19,882 nucleotides of DNA from Octopus sinensis. Taxonomy: Eukaryota. The notes below the pieces were generated by a model. That model was not told the DNA's origin, ran no database searches, and was given only the letters and a program-made list of their open reading frames with translations. The translations under genes and the position numbers were made by a program. Below are positions 1-12,610 of this stretch, piece after piece (positions within the stretch are counted from its first letter, which is position 1; every line of letters begins with the position of its first letter). The stretch is taken from the NCBI RefSeq assembly GCF_006345805.1, contig NW_021824163.1, positions 1-19,882 of the forward strand. Direction: 5' to 3'.

Positions 1-134
1 GGATAAAATTTATAGGCACGGAAATGCCGTCAGCCGGGCCCACGTGAGGTGCGCCAGAAAGGTGAAACTGTTCTGCACGCCCTAGTCCAGTGCCCGAGTA
101 TTGCTGACCGGTGGGTTATGTCGAACACCTACTG
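1..134 (+). mobile_element. L1/Tx1-clade LINE ORF2 C-terminal fragment (CCHC-type zinc knuckle)
   Basis: Duplicate of 8673-8808; encodes ...ETVLHALVQCPSIADRW, with single-base deletions relative to copy 2. Confidence 0.75.
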
Positions 135-172
135 CACCACATCTCCACTGTCAAGCATATCTGATCAACAAA

Positions 173-235
173 AAGCAATAAAATCGCACGGTCAGTATTT
201 TGGGCATTCACAATTGCTTCTTACAGCTTTGTACA
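173..235 (-). mobile_element. Very short Tc1-family transposase 3' remnant
   Basis: Shares aagcaataaaatc..gtcagtattttggg...tacagctttg with 3177-3236. Minus strand reads YKAVRSNCECPKY*, paralleling CKAVLSNFGFPKY* of the longer Tc1 relic. Duplicate at 8849-8911. Confidence 0.6.
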
Positions 236-239
236 GATA

Positions 240-397
240 CTCACATACATACATACATACACACAAACAGATAAATACATACATACAACATACGTACATA
301 CATTTATTCAAATACAATACCCACTACATTCATACATACAAGAATACATACTTAACAGTTACACGTACACATACGTAGATACATACATATATATATA

Positions 398-432
<35 letters not shown>

Positions 433-790
433 GATATATATATATTATATATACACCCATAATAGATACAGTCATAGATTCATACAGACATAGATGAATG
501 CATACATACATGCAAGATACCTCCATACATGCACAAATTCATGCACACATATATACACATTCACACACATTCACACCTTATTCATGTATATACATATATA
601 TACATACACATGCATACATACATACGTGCATACATACACACATACAACATATATACATGTGCGTATGTGTGTATTTGTTTACGTACATATGTATGTGTAC
701 GTATGTATAAATGTATGCGTGTATCTATGCATGTGTGTATGTATATACAAACATTCATACATACCCACAAGCATACGCACATACATACAT
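240..790. repeat. Degenerate (TACA/CA/TA)n compound microsatellite
   Basis: Alternating purine-pyrimidine low complexity; source of spurious H/T/Y/I-rich ORFs. Confidence 0.95.
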
Positions 791-1054
791 GGTGGCTGCC
801 CCCTCGTTATCGAGTATGGCCATTGCGCAAAAGCTTAATCACTGTTGTTATCGTGCAATGCCTGTGCAAGAAGTTTTTTAAAGTAAGGAAAGGCTGATCA
901 CTGAGTCAATCCCACTCACTAAGCGACAGCAGCCATAATCCGAAAAGAAGAACAAGTGAACATCATCGGTACCACTGAGCCGCAGGTTTTATGTCGGACT
1001 TATCCCAGTACCTGAGTTACCTTCTCCTAGAGGATGCCCTAACAAAGGCACAAC
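791..1054 (-). mobile_element. Short non-coding RTE-related element (5'-UTR-like motif joined to RTE 3' end)
   Basis: Its 3' end (minus: aacagt..aagctt..gc.atggccatactcgata..gggggc.gcc) matches the 3' UTR of the RTE LINE at 14011-14060. Its 5' part has gggcatcc(t)ctaggagaaggtaactc, resembling the RTE 5'-UTR motif as recalled. Ends in an (ATGT)n tail. Confidence 0.55.
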
Positions 1055-2700
1055 AATACACACACAGACACAATATACACATACACATGCTTATATAAAT
1101 ACATGCATACCACACATACATACAAATATACATGCACACATGATACAGACATACACCACACATATTACATGAAGACATACACACATATACAAACGTACAC
1201 ATATTCATACCATACATGCACATATATATTCATACACATCCATATATAGGTATATACATACACACACACATATAACATGCATACATACACTAAATAACGC
1301 ATACACTCATACGCACAAACATGCATACGAAATAAGCAACATATACATGCATAGCTATTTTAAAAACACACACGAAAACATACGCACATATATACATGCA
1401 TACATACACACATGCTTGCACACATACATACATATTCACGTACACACATGTGTGCATGTAGGTGTGTGTTTGGATATCAATGTATGTGTGTATGTGTGCA
1501 TGAATGAATGTATGAATGTATATGTGTATCTGCGTATGATTGTATATAGGTATGTATATGTGTATGTATGAGTTTAACACACATAGACACACACAAACAT
1601 TATACACACCTACATACATACATACCCCTCTGCACACAAACATATATACATAAACACACATAGACACATATATAAACATATACATGCATATATAATTACG
1701 TGCATACACACATACATACATATATACATGCACACATATATACACACATACATATATACACATATGCCCGCAGACATATACACATCCGTACATACTCACA
1801 TACATATATAAGCACTTACATATATACCAACATACATGCATACATACACACATATGTAGTCACATACGTACACACATACATACACACATGCACATATACA
1901 TTCACACTTACACGCATACATTCATACACACATGCATACTGATATACACACACACATACAGAATTACACACATACTTACATACACCCACATTCGCACATA
2001 CACACACATACATTCATACAGACATACAAATACACATACGTAAATACATACATACACACATACACACACATACATATTTCCATACTTAATCACATACGTA
2101 CAAACACACCACATACACACATACACACAAACATACGCGCAACATTCATATATAAAAAAATATTACATACATATCCACATTCGTATATATAGGTGGTGGA
2201 TGTATGTATGCGTTTTTGTATCTTTGTAGATATTTAAGCATGTATGTATGAATATATTTATGTATGTATATATACATGTGTATGTGTATATATATGTATG
2301 TGTGTGTATGTATTTATGCGTACACATGTATGCAGACAGACAAACTTGTGAACTTACACACATAGCATACATGCAGCACACATACACGCATGTACACATA
2401 TATACATACACATATACTTACATACACATACAAATAAATACTCACATTTATACACATACGCACATACATAATTACACAGATACATACACACACATATATA
2501 TAAGATCACTCAAAAATACACACATACACACTTACTTAAATACACATACACACACTTACATGCATACATATACATACATGCATACACACACACATACATA
2601 CACACTTACGTACACATATTCACGCTGCACACATACATACATTCATACTCACGCATATACATATATACACACATAAGTACACACACACATGCACAAATGT
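1055..2700. repeat. Degenerate compound (CA/TACA)n microsatellite with short TG-rich inverted segments
   Basis: Low-complexity RY repeats; duplicated at 9753-11500. Confidence 0.95.
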
Positions 2701-2930
2701 GTTTGAGAATCTCTACGCCTTCCGCTAATTAAACCACTCCACAACTAAAGTGTGCTTCGTTGCTCAGTTCTTGTTTAGTAATCTCCCATCTATATACAGC
2801 TGCAGAACAGTCTCCCTTTGTTCTCTTTTTACATCCTTCTTTCCTTTTTGACACTAAATCCACATTTTCCAAACAATTCCAGTGACGTCATCGAACTTAA
2901 GAACCCTAAGTTACTAATGTTCAAATGTCA
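2700..2930 (-). mobile_element. Possible degenerate Tc1 transposase N-terminus and leader
   Basis: Minus strand gives KGKKDVKREQRETVLQLYIDG and, frameshifted, ITKQELSNEAHFSCGVV, loosely like a Tc1 HTH start. Weak. Duplicate at ~11500-11730. Confidence 0.3.
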
Positions 2931-3195
2931 TTTATATATATATATATATATTCAACTTGTAACTTGTGAATTAAGTTGTATATCTAAATAAAGAAACTCT
3001 TACGAGCTTTAATAGGGTATACAGCTTTACAGCGTAACATCAATATGTTAATTTTAGATTAAAAAGAAATCTTAATTATCATAATTTAGAGTACCATTTA
3101 ACTTAAGGACAACGTGTAACATTTCATATTTTGTTGTTGTTCTTTTGCTCTTAAACTTCATTCTGAAATCACTAACAAGCAATAAAATCACAGAG

Positions 3196-3810
3196 TCAGT
3201 ATTTTGGGAACCCAAAATTACTTAATACAGCTTTGCATCTGCGAAACATACAAATGTTCAGAACATTTATCACTGTTGCGCAGATTTTTCCCACTTTCGG
3301 CTAAAAATGTTTTTAAAATAATTCCCCTTATTCTTTGTCTTAATACTTATCACAGCTCTACCCAACCATTCTCAAGGATTTTCCATGGGTTTAAGCTCGG
3401 GCGACGGCGTTAGTCACTATATCAACCGAAATCTCTTAGGTATAATGTAATTTCTGACTTGGTACGAGGTGACATTCGGGTGGTTGTCATGCTGGAAAAT
3501 CCAAATGCTTCCGGGCTTATGGAAGCATAGTATTATTCAATATTTCTAGATAGGACTTACTATCCATTCGGATTATAGAACTGACGTCTTTTCCAGACAT
3601 ACACCCTTACATCATCACACTTCCTCCAGAGTGCCTAATTGAAGGTGGAACGCATTTTGCATGGAATTCTTCGCCTATACGCCTTCTTACATACTTCCTG
3701 CCATCACTACCGAACAAGATGGACTTTGATTCGTCCGACCACAACACATTCGTCCAATCTGCTGGATTCCATTTCAAATGTTCTTTAACTCGCAAATCGA
3801 TTTTTCAAAA
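3196..3810 (-). pseudogene. Tc1-family DD34E transposase, C-terminal half, disrupted
   Basis: WTNVLWSDESK.LFGSDGRKYVRRRIGEE...HSGGSVMM*GC; FQHDNHP; SPELKPMENP*; MFRRCKAVLSNFGFPKY*. Several stops and a frameshift; 5' end lost in microsatellite. Confidence 0.9.
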
Positions 3811-4022
3811 ACACACAAACACACATATATGCATAGGCACTCATACATACATACATACATACATATATACATACATACGGACATACATACACACATACAA
3901 ACATACACACACACATTACATACATACAAACATACATACATGTGTGTATGTATGTACGTGTGAATGTACTTATGTATGCATGTATGCGTATATATATATC
4001 TGCGTGTACGTATATAGATATC

Positions 4023-4055
<33 letters not shown>

Positions 4056-4349
4056 GTCTATATATGTATATGTATGTGCGTATGTATGTTTTATGTACAT
4101 GTATATGTACGTATGCACTTATGTATGTCTGTAGGTACATAGATTCATACATGCACACATTCTTACATCCATAAATACATTCATACATACATACATTCAT
4201 ATATACATTCAATTATGCATACATGCATAAATAAATAAATACATACATACAAACATATTTACATACATACATTCATATATATACATACATACATACATAC
4301 TACATACATACATACATACATACATACATACATACATACATACATACAT
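3811..4349. repeat. Compound microsatellite ending in near-perfect (TACA)n
   Basis: Direct reading; near-pure TACA run at ~4285-4349. Confidence 0.95.
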
Positions 4350-4570
4350 GGTGGTTGCCAACTCCTTATACAAAGTTTGAACAACTCCTTACCGACACCT
4401 TAGCACCATTATGGTGCCTGATGTGACTTTTCAAAAGAAAGAATATTCTGAAAAGACACCCACATAGATTGATCCTCCAATTTGGGCAACCAAGACCTGC
4501 AGATAAATTCTGCAGTTTGTAGGTCTTAAAATCGCTTGAGGCCTCCGTTGGATTTGCAATCTTCATAAGT
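4350..4570 (-). mobile_element. Degenerate 3' end of an RTE-like LINE
   Basis: Minus ORF has ...LLKSHIRHH (compare GLKSHIRS in the RTE at 14060-14100). Terminus ggcaaccaccatgtatgtatg matches ggcagccaccatgtatgtatg at 780-800. Confidence 0.4.
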
Positions 4571-4959
4571 TCGTCAGGTGATCATTCGATCCCTTCACCC
4601 CAATATTTGTTTTGTCTCTCCTTGCATCATCACCCCATTTTCTTTACCTTATATGGTTAATAAAGAAATTGACAGTTCAGGACTACATGCGCCGTTTCAC
4701 GAGTCTTATTTTGGATCCAGCAGAGTGTCCAACAACACTCTCATCACCAAGCAAGCCTGGTTGGGTTGCCGGTTTAGTTGCCGACGACCCGATCATGAAG
4801 CAGGATGTACTGGGTTACATGTTCCCAGTAGCACTCAAAAGAAACATGAATACATACATACATAAAGACAGAGAGAGAGAGATGACGGCCGTCCATGAAC
4901 ATGTATCATACATCAAAATGAAGCTGGTCCTCAGTGGATCACATCCCTTATCCCCAACA

Positions 4960-6744
4960 TAGTTGCTGTTTCTCTCAAAAGCAATGGTCTACCAAAAGCA
5001 ATGGTACGTACATACTCAAAAGGCGTATCGATTGAGGACCCTTATCAACAGTGTCAATTCTTTGCCGAGGCTTTTTTCAACTATTTCCAAACAAGATGAT
5101 GGTCGTGAACCCCCTCCATTTGATAAATCGTTACCTCCAATGCTCCGATTTGTCATCACGGGGACGAAGTCAAAGTGTATTTATTCGGCCTCGATATCAA
5201 CAAGGGTCAAGGCCCTGACGGCATAAAACACACAGGTTATCAAAGCGTTGGCTCCGGTCATCTGCGAGCCCTTAACACGTCTATTCAATATGTCATTGGC
5301 GACGGGTGTTATACCTGCGGACTGGAGAACAGCGATAATCTGCCCAATTTCGAAGAAGAAAGGGAGCCGCGAAGGCCCGCAACTTAACTACCGACCGGTT
5401 TCCCTTACAAAAATAATCAGCAAGATGTTCGAAACCATCCTTAAGAAAAGTATGATGCTCCACCTCCAAAACACAGCCTCTATCTCTGATTCCCAACACG
5501 GCTTCGTGCCGAAGAGATCATGCTTGACCAACTTACTGGTAATGGAAGAATTGGTGACGCGCATCCTCGATGATAGTGATGCTGTTGACATCGTTTTATT
5601 GAACTTTGCCAAAGCTTTTCACTCGGTTAACCACCGCCTATTACTTGTCAAGCTTCAAGCATATAGTTTCCATCCGGATATTGTACGATGGGTTGGTGCC
5701 TTCCTCTCAGATCGCTCCTTCCAAGTCGAAGTTAATGGTTCGCGGTCCGACGTCTCCAGTGCGGGCAGTGGCGTGCCTGAAGGTTCAGTGCTTGGACCCT
5801 TATTGTTCTTAGTCTTCATAAATGACTTGCCCGACGACCTCACGCAACACACCCTTCTATTAGCCGACGATGTCAAATTGGTCGCTCCTTGCGGTGATAT
5901 AGAGGATCTTCGTCGATGCCTCCACCAAATTTGGAGGTGGTCTAACGAATGGGACCTGTGTCTGAACGTGTCAAAGTGCTGTCATCTGCCTGTTGGCTCT
6001 CCTCCTGCAACCCAACTTGATTTCGTGCTGGGCCGTCTGCTTCTGGAGAGGACCGATCAGGTAAAGGACCTGGGTATCTTGGTGGATTCCTCCATTTCGC
6101 CTTCGGCCCAGTGCGTCCATGCTGCCAACAAAGCACGCGGAATTCTGTTCTTGATTCGACGGTCATTCGGAATGCTCACAGCAGCCATATTCCTACCACT
6201 CTATGTTCCGCTGGTGAGACCCATATTGGAGTACGGGATTCAAGCCTCTTCTCCTTATCTCTTCAAAGACATTCAGCATCTCGAAAGAGTCCAGAAGCTG
6301 GCTACCCACATGATTGATGGTCTCAAAATTTGTCCTATGAAGAAAGGCTGAAGACGCTCGAACTTTATTCTCTAGAAAAACGCCGCCGCCGTGGTGATCT
6401 CATTCTCGCCCACAACATCATTAGCGGAAAGTGTAACCTCTCGAAAGAGCAGTTCTTCACTCCTGCTCCAGAGCGTCGGCTGCGGGTCATTCCGAAAAGC
6501 TCTCTACCTGCGACGATTTCATCTCAATCGAAGGAGAGGAGCTTTCTCCGTCCGGGTTGCGGATCCGTGGAACAAGCTGCCAGACGAGATGGTGAAGATG
6601 CCGACGACCGCTTTGTTCAAAGCCTACCTTGACTTCAAGTGGCCTGAACTCTTTACATGAACACCACCCTGAACATAACTCCATGTCCCCCTACATGGCC
6701 TTGCTATTTGCTTTTGAGCCAAATTAACTAACTAACTAACTAAC
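4960..6744 (+). mobile_element. 5'-truncated CR1-clade LINE (RT domain to 3' tail), frameshifted
   Basis: GPDGI, DWRTAIICPI.KKG, NYRPVSLT, SQHGF...RSCLTNLL, VDIVLLNFAKAF.SV.H, SGVPEGSVLGPLLF..FINDL, LADDVKL, KDLGI, RPILEY, SYEERLK.LELYSLEKRR.RGDLI, FS.RV..PWNKLP. 3' tail (TAAC)5 at 6725-6744. 5' limit approximate. Confidence 0.93.
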
Positions 6745-7570
6745 ATACACACATATACATACATACACTCATACAAACACAAATACATGTACATATACGC
6801 ATATAAATACGTATATATACATATATGTACACATACATATATGCACATATACATACACATATACATACACACAGACATACATATACATACAAACGTGCAT
6901 GCGTACATATACACATACACACACACATATGTACACACATGTATACGAACATATATACGTACATACATATAAGCTTGCATTCATACCTACATACATTCAT
7001 ACATACATACATGCATACACACACACATACATACACACTTACGTACACATATTCATGCTGCACACATACATACATTCATACACACTCATATACATATATA
7101 CACACATAAGTACATACACAGATGCATAAATACATAAATATATACACACAGACATACGTACGCACCTACATAGACACGTACATAAAACCATACGTATAAA
7201 CATGCATGCATAAACACAATCATGTATATATACATACATACGTACACACATATACATGTACATACGTGCATACTTACATACATACACGCATACATATGTA
7301 CGTAGATGCATACCTACGTGCATACATACATAGGCACCTACATGCAAGTATGCAACTATACCTATATACATACGCGCATGGAATATGTACATATACACAC
7401 GTACATACTTACATAACTACATACATCAGTACACGCACATACATGCATGCATACGTACGTACATACACGCGTAGAAACACACATACATATATACGCATGT
7501 ATATATATATATATATGCGAGCATATATATATATACATACACACATACATATATACATGCATGCATACAT
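6745..7570. repeat. Compound microsatellite block, paralogous to 13250-13995 and partly to 2560-2690
   Basis: Shared non-periodic words, e.g. catacataggcacctacatgcaagtatgca and cacacttacgtacacatattca.gctgcacacatacatacattcata. Confidence 0.85.
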
Positions 7571-7574
7571 TACA

Positions 7575-8808
7575 AACCTGTCTGAGCCATTCCGCATCGT
7601 GCGTTCCGTCCCTCAAGGGTGCTCTCTCTCTCTCTCTCTATCTATCTCTATCTCCTCCGTTCTGTATGTACTGACTACTGACTATTGAGCCATTTACTGC
7701 GGAAGCTGGGGGCGTTGATGGGTGTCTCGCGTGATCTAGTATCTGAGAGAAATGTATCTGCTTACGCTGATGATGTCACCGTCATAGTGTCGAGCCACAG
7801 GCATATAGACCTGACAGTCGAAATACTACAGGAATATGAAGCGAAAACAGGAGCAAAAATGTACCGGAAAAGTCAGTGGACTTGCAGCTCGGCACATGGA
7901 GAGGCAAGGCCATGCGGTCCAACAGCGTCATGCTGCGCTGGACAGACGGTCCCAACAAGTTGCTCGGAGTCTGGTTTGGTCCGGACGTCCAAGTGGAGAA
8001 GAACTGGGACGAAGTGACGAGAAGGGTAGCCAATCTCACCCAGAAATAGACCAAGAGGAAGCTGTCCCTGAAAGATTGGGCGGAGGTGACGAACGCGTAC
8101 ATGGCACCCATCATCTCCTACCGCTTCACTGTCGTCCCTTGTCCCGTTTCCTGGTTGACCAAGCTTGTGCGCTTACTCTTCGGTTTTCTGTGGCAGATGC
8201 GCATTCCACTGGTCAGGCGCTCTATCTGTTGTCAATAGCTGCTGAGTGGAGGAGTGGGCATGCCCTGGTTACTGATGCGCAGACGTGCGCTGAGGTTGCG
8301 TCATCTCCGGCCTTTCCTTGACGGTGAGCAGGTGTGATCACCGTTTGTAAGAGGCACTTTTCCACAGCTCGTCTTTTTGACTGAGCGGCAATCCTGGACT
8401 GGGCGTAGTCCGAAGTAGGGCGCTTGGCACCTTGAGTGCCGTCAAACACACACAGTCCTCCACCAGGCGGGCAATACGGTCGGTAATACTTCCATTCTAG
8501 AGTTCTAAAGAGTGCTAATGAAGGGAAAGTGCGACGACGTCCTCAGGGAATCTTTGGGTGTCGATGAAGATCAACTAACCGATCTGTTTCGCAGCACTTT
8601 CGGGCCTGAGCCTATGGATAACTTCAAGAAATCCCTTGCCTGACAGTGCTACCGAGGGGCGCTGACTGTTTGGGATAAAATTTATAGGCACGGAAATGCC
8701 GTCAGCCGGGCCCACGTGAGGTGCGCCCAGAAAGGTGAAACTGTTCTGCACGCCCTAGTCCAGTGCCCGAGTATTGCTGACCGGTGGGTTTATGTCGAAC
8801 ACCTACTG
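7575..8808 (+). mobile_element. L1/Tx1-clade LINE ORF2 fragment (RT motifs to zinc knuckle), disrupted
   Basis: SVPQGCSLS..LYVL..EP(F/L)LRKL, VSAYADDVTVIVS, LLGVWFGPD, LFGFLW, GGVGMPW, DKIYRHG..VRCAQKGETVLHALVQC; stops and frameshifts present. Confidence 0.88.
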
Positions 8809-8848
8809 CACACACATCTCCACTGTCAAAGCATATCTGATCAACAAA

Positions 8849-8911
8849 AAGCAATAAAATCGCACGGTCAGTATTTTGGGCATTCAGAATTGCTTCTTAC
8901 AGCTTTGTACA
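8849..8911 (-). mobile_element. Short Tc1 3' remnant (copy 2)
   Basis: Duplicate of 173-235; reads YKAVRSNSECPKY*. Confidence 0.6.
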
Positions 8912-9101
8912 GATACTCACATACATACATACATACACACAAACAGATACATACATACATACATACATACATACATACATACATACATACATACATACAT
9001 ACATACATACGTACATACATTTATTCAAATACACATACATTCATACATACAAGAATACATACTTAAACAGATACACGTACACATACGTAGATACATACAT
9101 G

Positions 9102-9154
<53 letters not shown>

Positions 9155-9486
9155 ATAGATACAGTCATAGATTCATACAGACATAGATGAATGCATACAT
9201 ACATGCAAGCATACCTCCATACATGCACAAATTCATGCACACATATATACACATTCACACACATTCACACCTTCATTCATGTATACATACATATATATAC
9301 ACACATGCATACATACATACGTGCATACATACACACATACATACATATATACATGTGCGTATGTGTGTATTTGTTTACGTACATATGTATGTGTACGTAT
9401 GTATAAATGTATGCGTGTATCTATGCATGTGTGCATGTATATACAAACATTCATACATACCCACAAGCATACGCACATACATACAT

Positions 9487-9752
9487 GGTGGCTGCCCCTC
9501 GTTATCGAGTATGGCCATTGCGCAAAAGCTTAATCAATGTTGTTATCGTGCAATGCCTGTGCAAGAAGTTTTTTAAAGTAAGGAAAGGCTGATCACTGAG
9601 TCAATCCCACTCACTAAGCGACAGCAGCCATAATCCGAAAAGAAGAACAAGTGAACATCATCGGTAACCACTGAGCCGCAGGTTTTATGTCGGACTTATC
9701 CCAGTTACCTGAGTTACCTTCTCCTAGAAGGATGCCCTAACAAAGGCACAAC
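9487..9752 (-). mobile_element. Short RTE-related element (copy 2)
   Basis: Duplicate of 791-1054; minus strand gggcatccttctaggagaaggtaactc at the 5' end. Confidence 0.55.
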
Positions 9753-11996
9753 AAATACACACACAGACACATATATACACATACACATGCTTATATAAAT
9801 ACATGCATACACAATACATACAAATATACATGCACACATAATAAAGACATACATACATATACACATGCACACATTATACACACATACATACATATATACA
9901 TGAAGACATACATACACATATTCATACATACATGCACATATATATTCATACACACCCATATATAGGTATATACATACACACACACATATAACATGCATAC
10001 ATACACTAATATACGCATACACTCATACGCACAAACATGCATACGAAATAAGCACATACATACATGCATAGCTATTTAAAAACACACACAAAAACATACG
10101 CACATATATACATGCATACATACACACATGCTTGCACACATACATACATATCCACTTACACACATGTGTGCATGTAGGTGTGTGTTTGGATATCAATGTA
10201 TGTGTGTATGTGTGCATGAATGAATGTATGAATGTATATGTGTATCTGCGTATGATTGTATATAGGTATGTATATGTATGTATGAGTTTAAACACATAGA
10301 CAAACACAAACATTATACACACCTACATACATACATACCCTCTGCACACAAACATATATACATGAACACACATAGACACATATATACATACATGCATATA
10401 TAATTACATGCACACACATAGACACATATACCTAACACATATACATGAACATAGACACATATATACACATATACATGCATATAATTACATGCTACACACA
10501 TACATACATAATACATGCACACATATATACATACACATATGCCCGCAGACATATACACATCCGTACATACTCACATACATATATAAGCACTTACATCTAT
10601 ACCAACATACATGCATACATACACACATATGTAGTCACATACGTACACACATACTTACACACATACTTACACACATACACACATACACACATACATACAC
10701 ACTTACACGCATACATTCATACACACATGCATACTGATATACACACACACATACAGAATTACACACATACTTACATACACCCACATTCGCACATACACAC
10801 ACATACATTCATACAGACATACAAATACACATACGTAAATACATACATACACACATACACACACATACATATTTCCATACTTAATCACATACGTACAAAC
10901 ACACATACACACGCACATACACACAAACATACGCGCATACATTCATATTATAAAAAATATATACATACAAATCCACATTCGTATATATGTGTGTGTGGAT
11001 GTATGTATGCGTTTTTGTATCTTTGTAGATATTTAAGCATGTATGTATGAATATATTTATGTATGTATATATACATGTGTATGTGTGTATATATGTATGT
11101 GTGTGTGTATGTATTTATGCGTACACATGTATGCAGACAGACAAACTTGTGAACTTACACACATAGCATACATGCAGCACACATACACGCATGTACACAT
11201 ATATACATACACATATACTTACATACACATACAAATAAATACGCACATTTATACACATACGCACATACATAATTACACAGATACATACACACACATATAT
11301 ATAAGAACACTCAAAAATACACACATACACACTTACTTAAATACACATACACACACTTACATACATACATATACATACATGCATACACACACACATACAT
11401 ACACACTTACTTACACATATTCACGCTGCACGCATACATACATTCATACTCACGCATATACATATATACACACATAAGTACACACACACATGCACAAATG
11501 TGTTTGAGAATCTCTACGCCTTCCGCTACTTAAACCACTCCACAACTAAAGTGTTCTTCGTTGCTCAGTTCCTGTTTAGTAACCTCCCATCTATATACAG
11601 CTGCAGAACAGTGTCCCTTTGTTCTCTTTTTACATCCTTCTTTCCTTTTTGACACTAAATCCACATTTTCCAAACAATTGCAGTGGCGTCATCGAACTTA
11701 AGAACCCCAAGTTACTAATGTTCAAATGTCATTTATATATATATATATATATTCAACTTGTAACTTGTGAATTAATTTGTATATCTAAATAAAGAAACTC
11801 TTACGAGCTTTAATAGGGTATACAGCTTTACAGCGTAACATCAATATGTTAATTTTAGATTAAAAAGAAATCTTAATTATCATAATTTAGAGTACCATTT
11901 AACTTAAGGACAACGTGTAACATTTCATATTATGTTGTTGTTCTTTTGCTCTTAAACTTCATTCTGAAATCCCTAAATAGCAATAAAATCACAGAG

Positions 11997-12610
11997 TCAG
12001 TATTTTGGGAACCCAAAATTACTTAATACAGCTTTGCATCTGCGAAACATACAAATGTTACATCATTTATCACTGTTGCGCAGATTTTTTCCCACATTTG
12101 GCTAAAAATGTTTTAAAAATAATTCTCCTTATTCTTTGTCTTAATACTTATCACAGCTCTACCCAACCATTCTCAAGGATTTTCCATGGGTTTAAGCTCG
12201 GGCGACGGCGTTAGTCACTATATCAACCGAAATCTCTTAGGTATAATGTAATTTCTGACTAGGTACGAGGTGACATTCGGGTGGTTGTCATGCTGGAAAG
12301 TCCAAATGCTTTCGGGCGTATGGAAGCATAGTATTATTCAATATTTCTAGATAGGACTTACTATCCATTCGGATTATAGAACTGACGTCTTTTCCAGACA
12401 TACACCCTTACATCATCACACTTCCTCCAGAGTGCCTAATTGAAGGTTGAACGCATTTTGAATGGAATTCTTCGCCTATACGCCTTCTTAAATACTTCCT
12501 GCCATCACTGCCGAACAATTTGAACTTTGATTCGTCCGACCACAACACATTCGTCCAATCTGCTGGACTCCATTTCAAATGTTCTTTAACTCGCAAATCG
12601 ATTTTTCAAA
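11997..12610 (-). pseudogene. Tc1-family transposase C-terminal half (copy 2)
   Basis: WTNVLWSDESKFKLFGSDGRKYLRRRIGEE; same stop codons as 3196-3810. Confidence 0.9.

Larger units (their letters stand above)
1..4349 (+). repeat. Copy 1 of a large direct duplication (partner 8673-13186); left end runs off the window
   Basis: Position 1 (ggataaaatttataggcacgg) recurs at 8673. Unique segments 791-1054, 2700-3810 and the microsatellite scaffolds are collinear with 9487-9752, 11500-12610. A manual count gives about 12 substitutions in ~450 bp of the Tc1 part. Confidence 0.95.

Noticed and set aside
4612-4860. ORF with VQDYMRRFTSL resembling a retrotransposon gag motif
   Set aside because: Too short and no supporting LTR or neighbouring motifs; left unassigned.
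7765-7775. ctgatga in the Tx1 fragment
   Set aside because: It encodes the YADD RT motif; no hammerhead stems.
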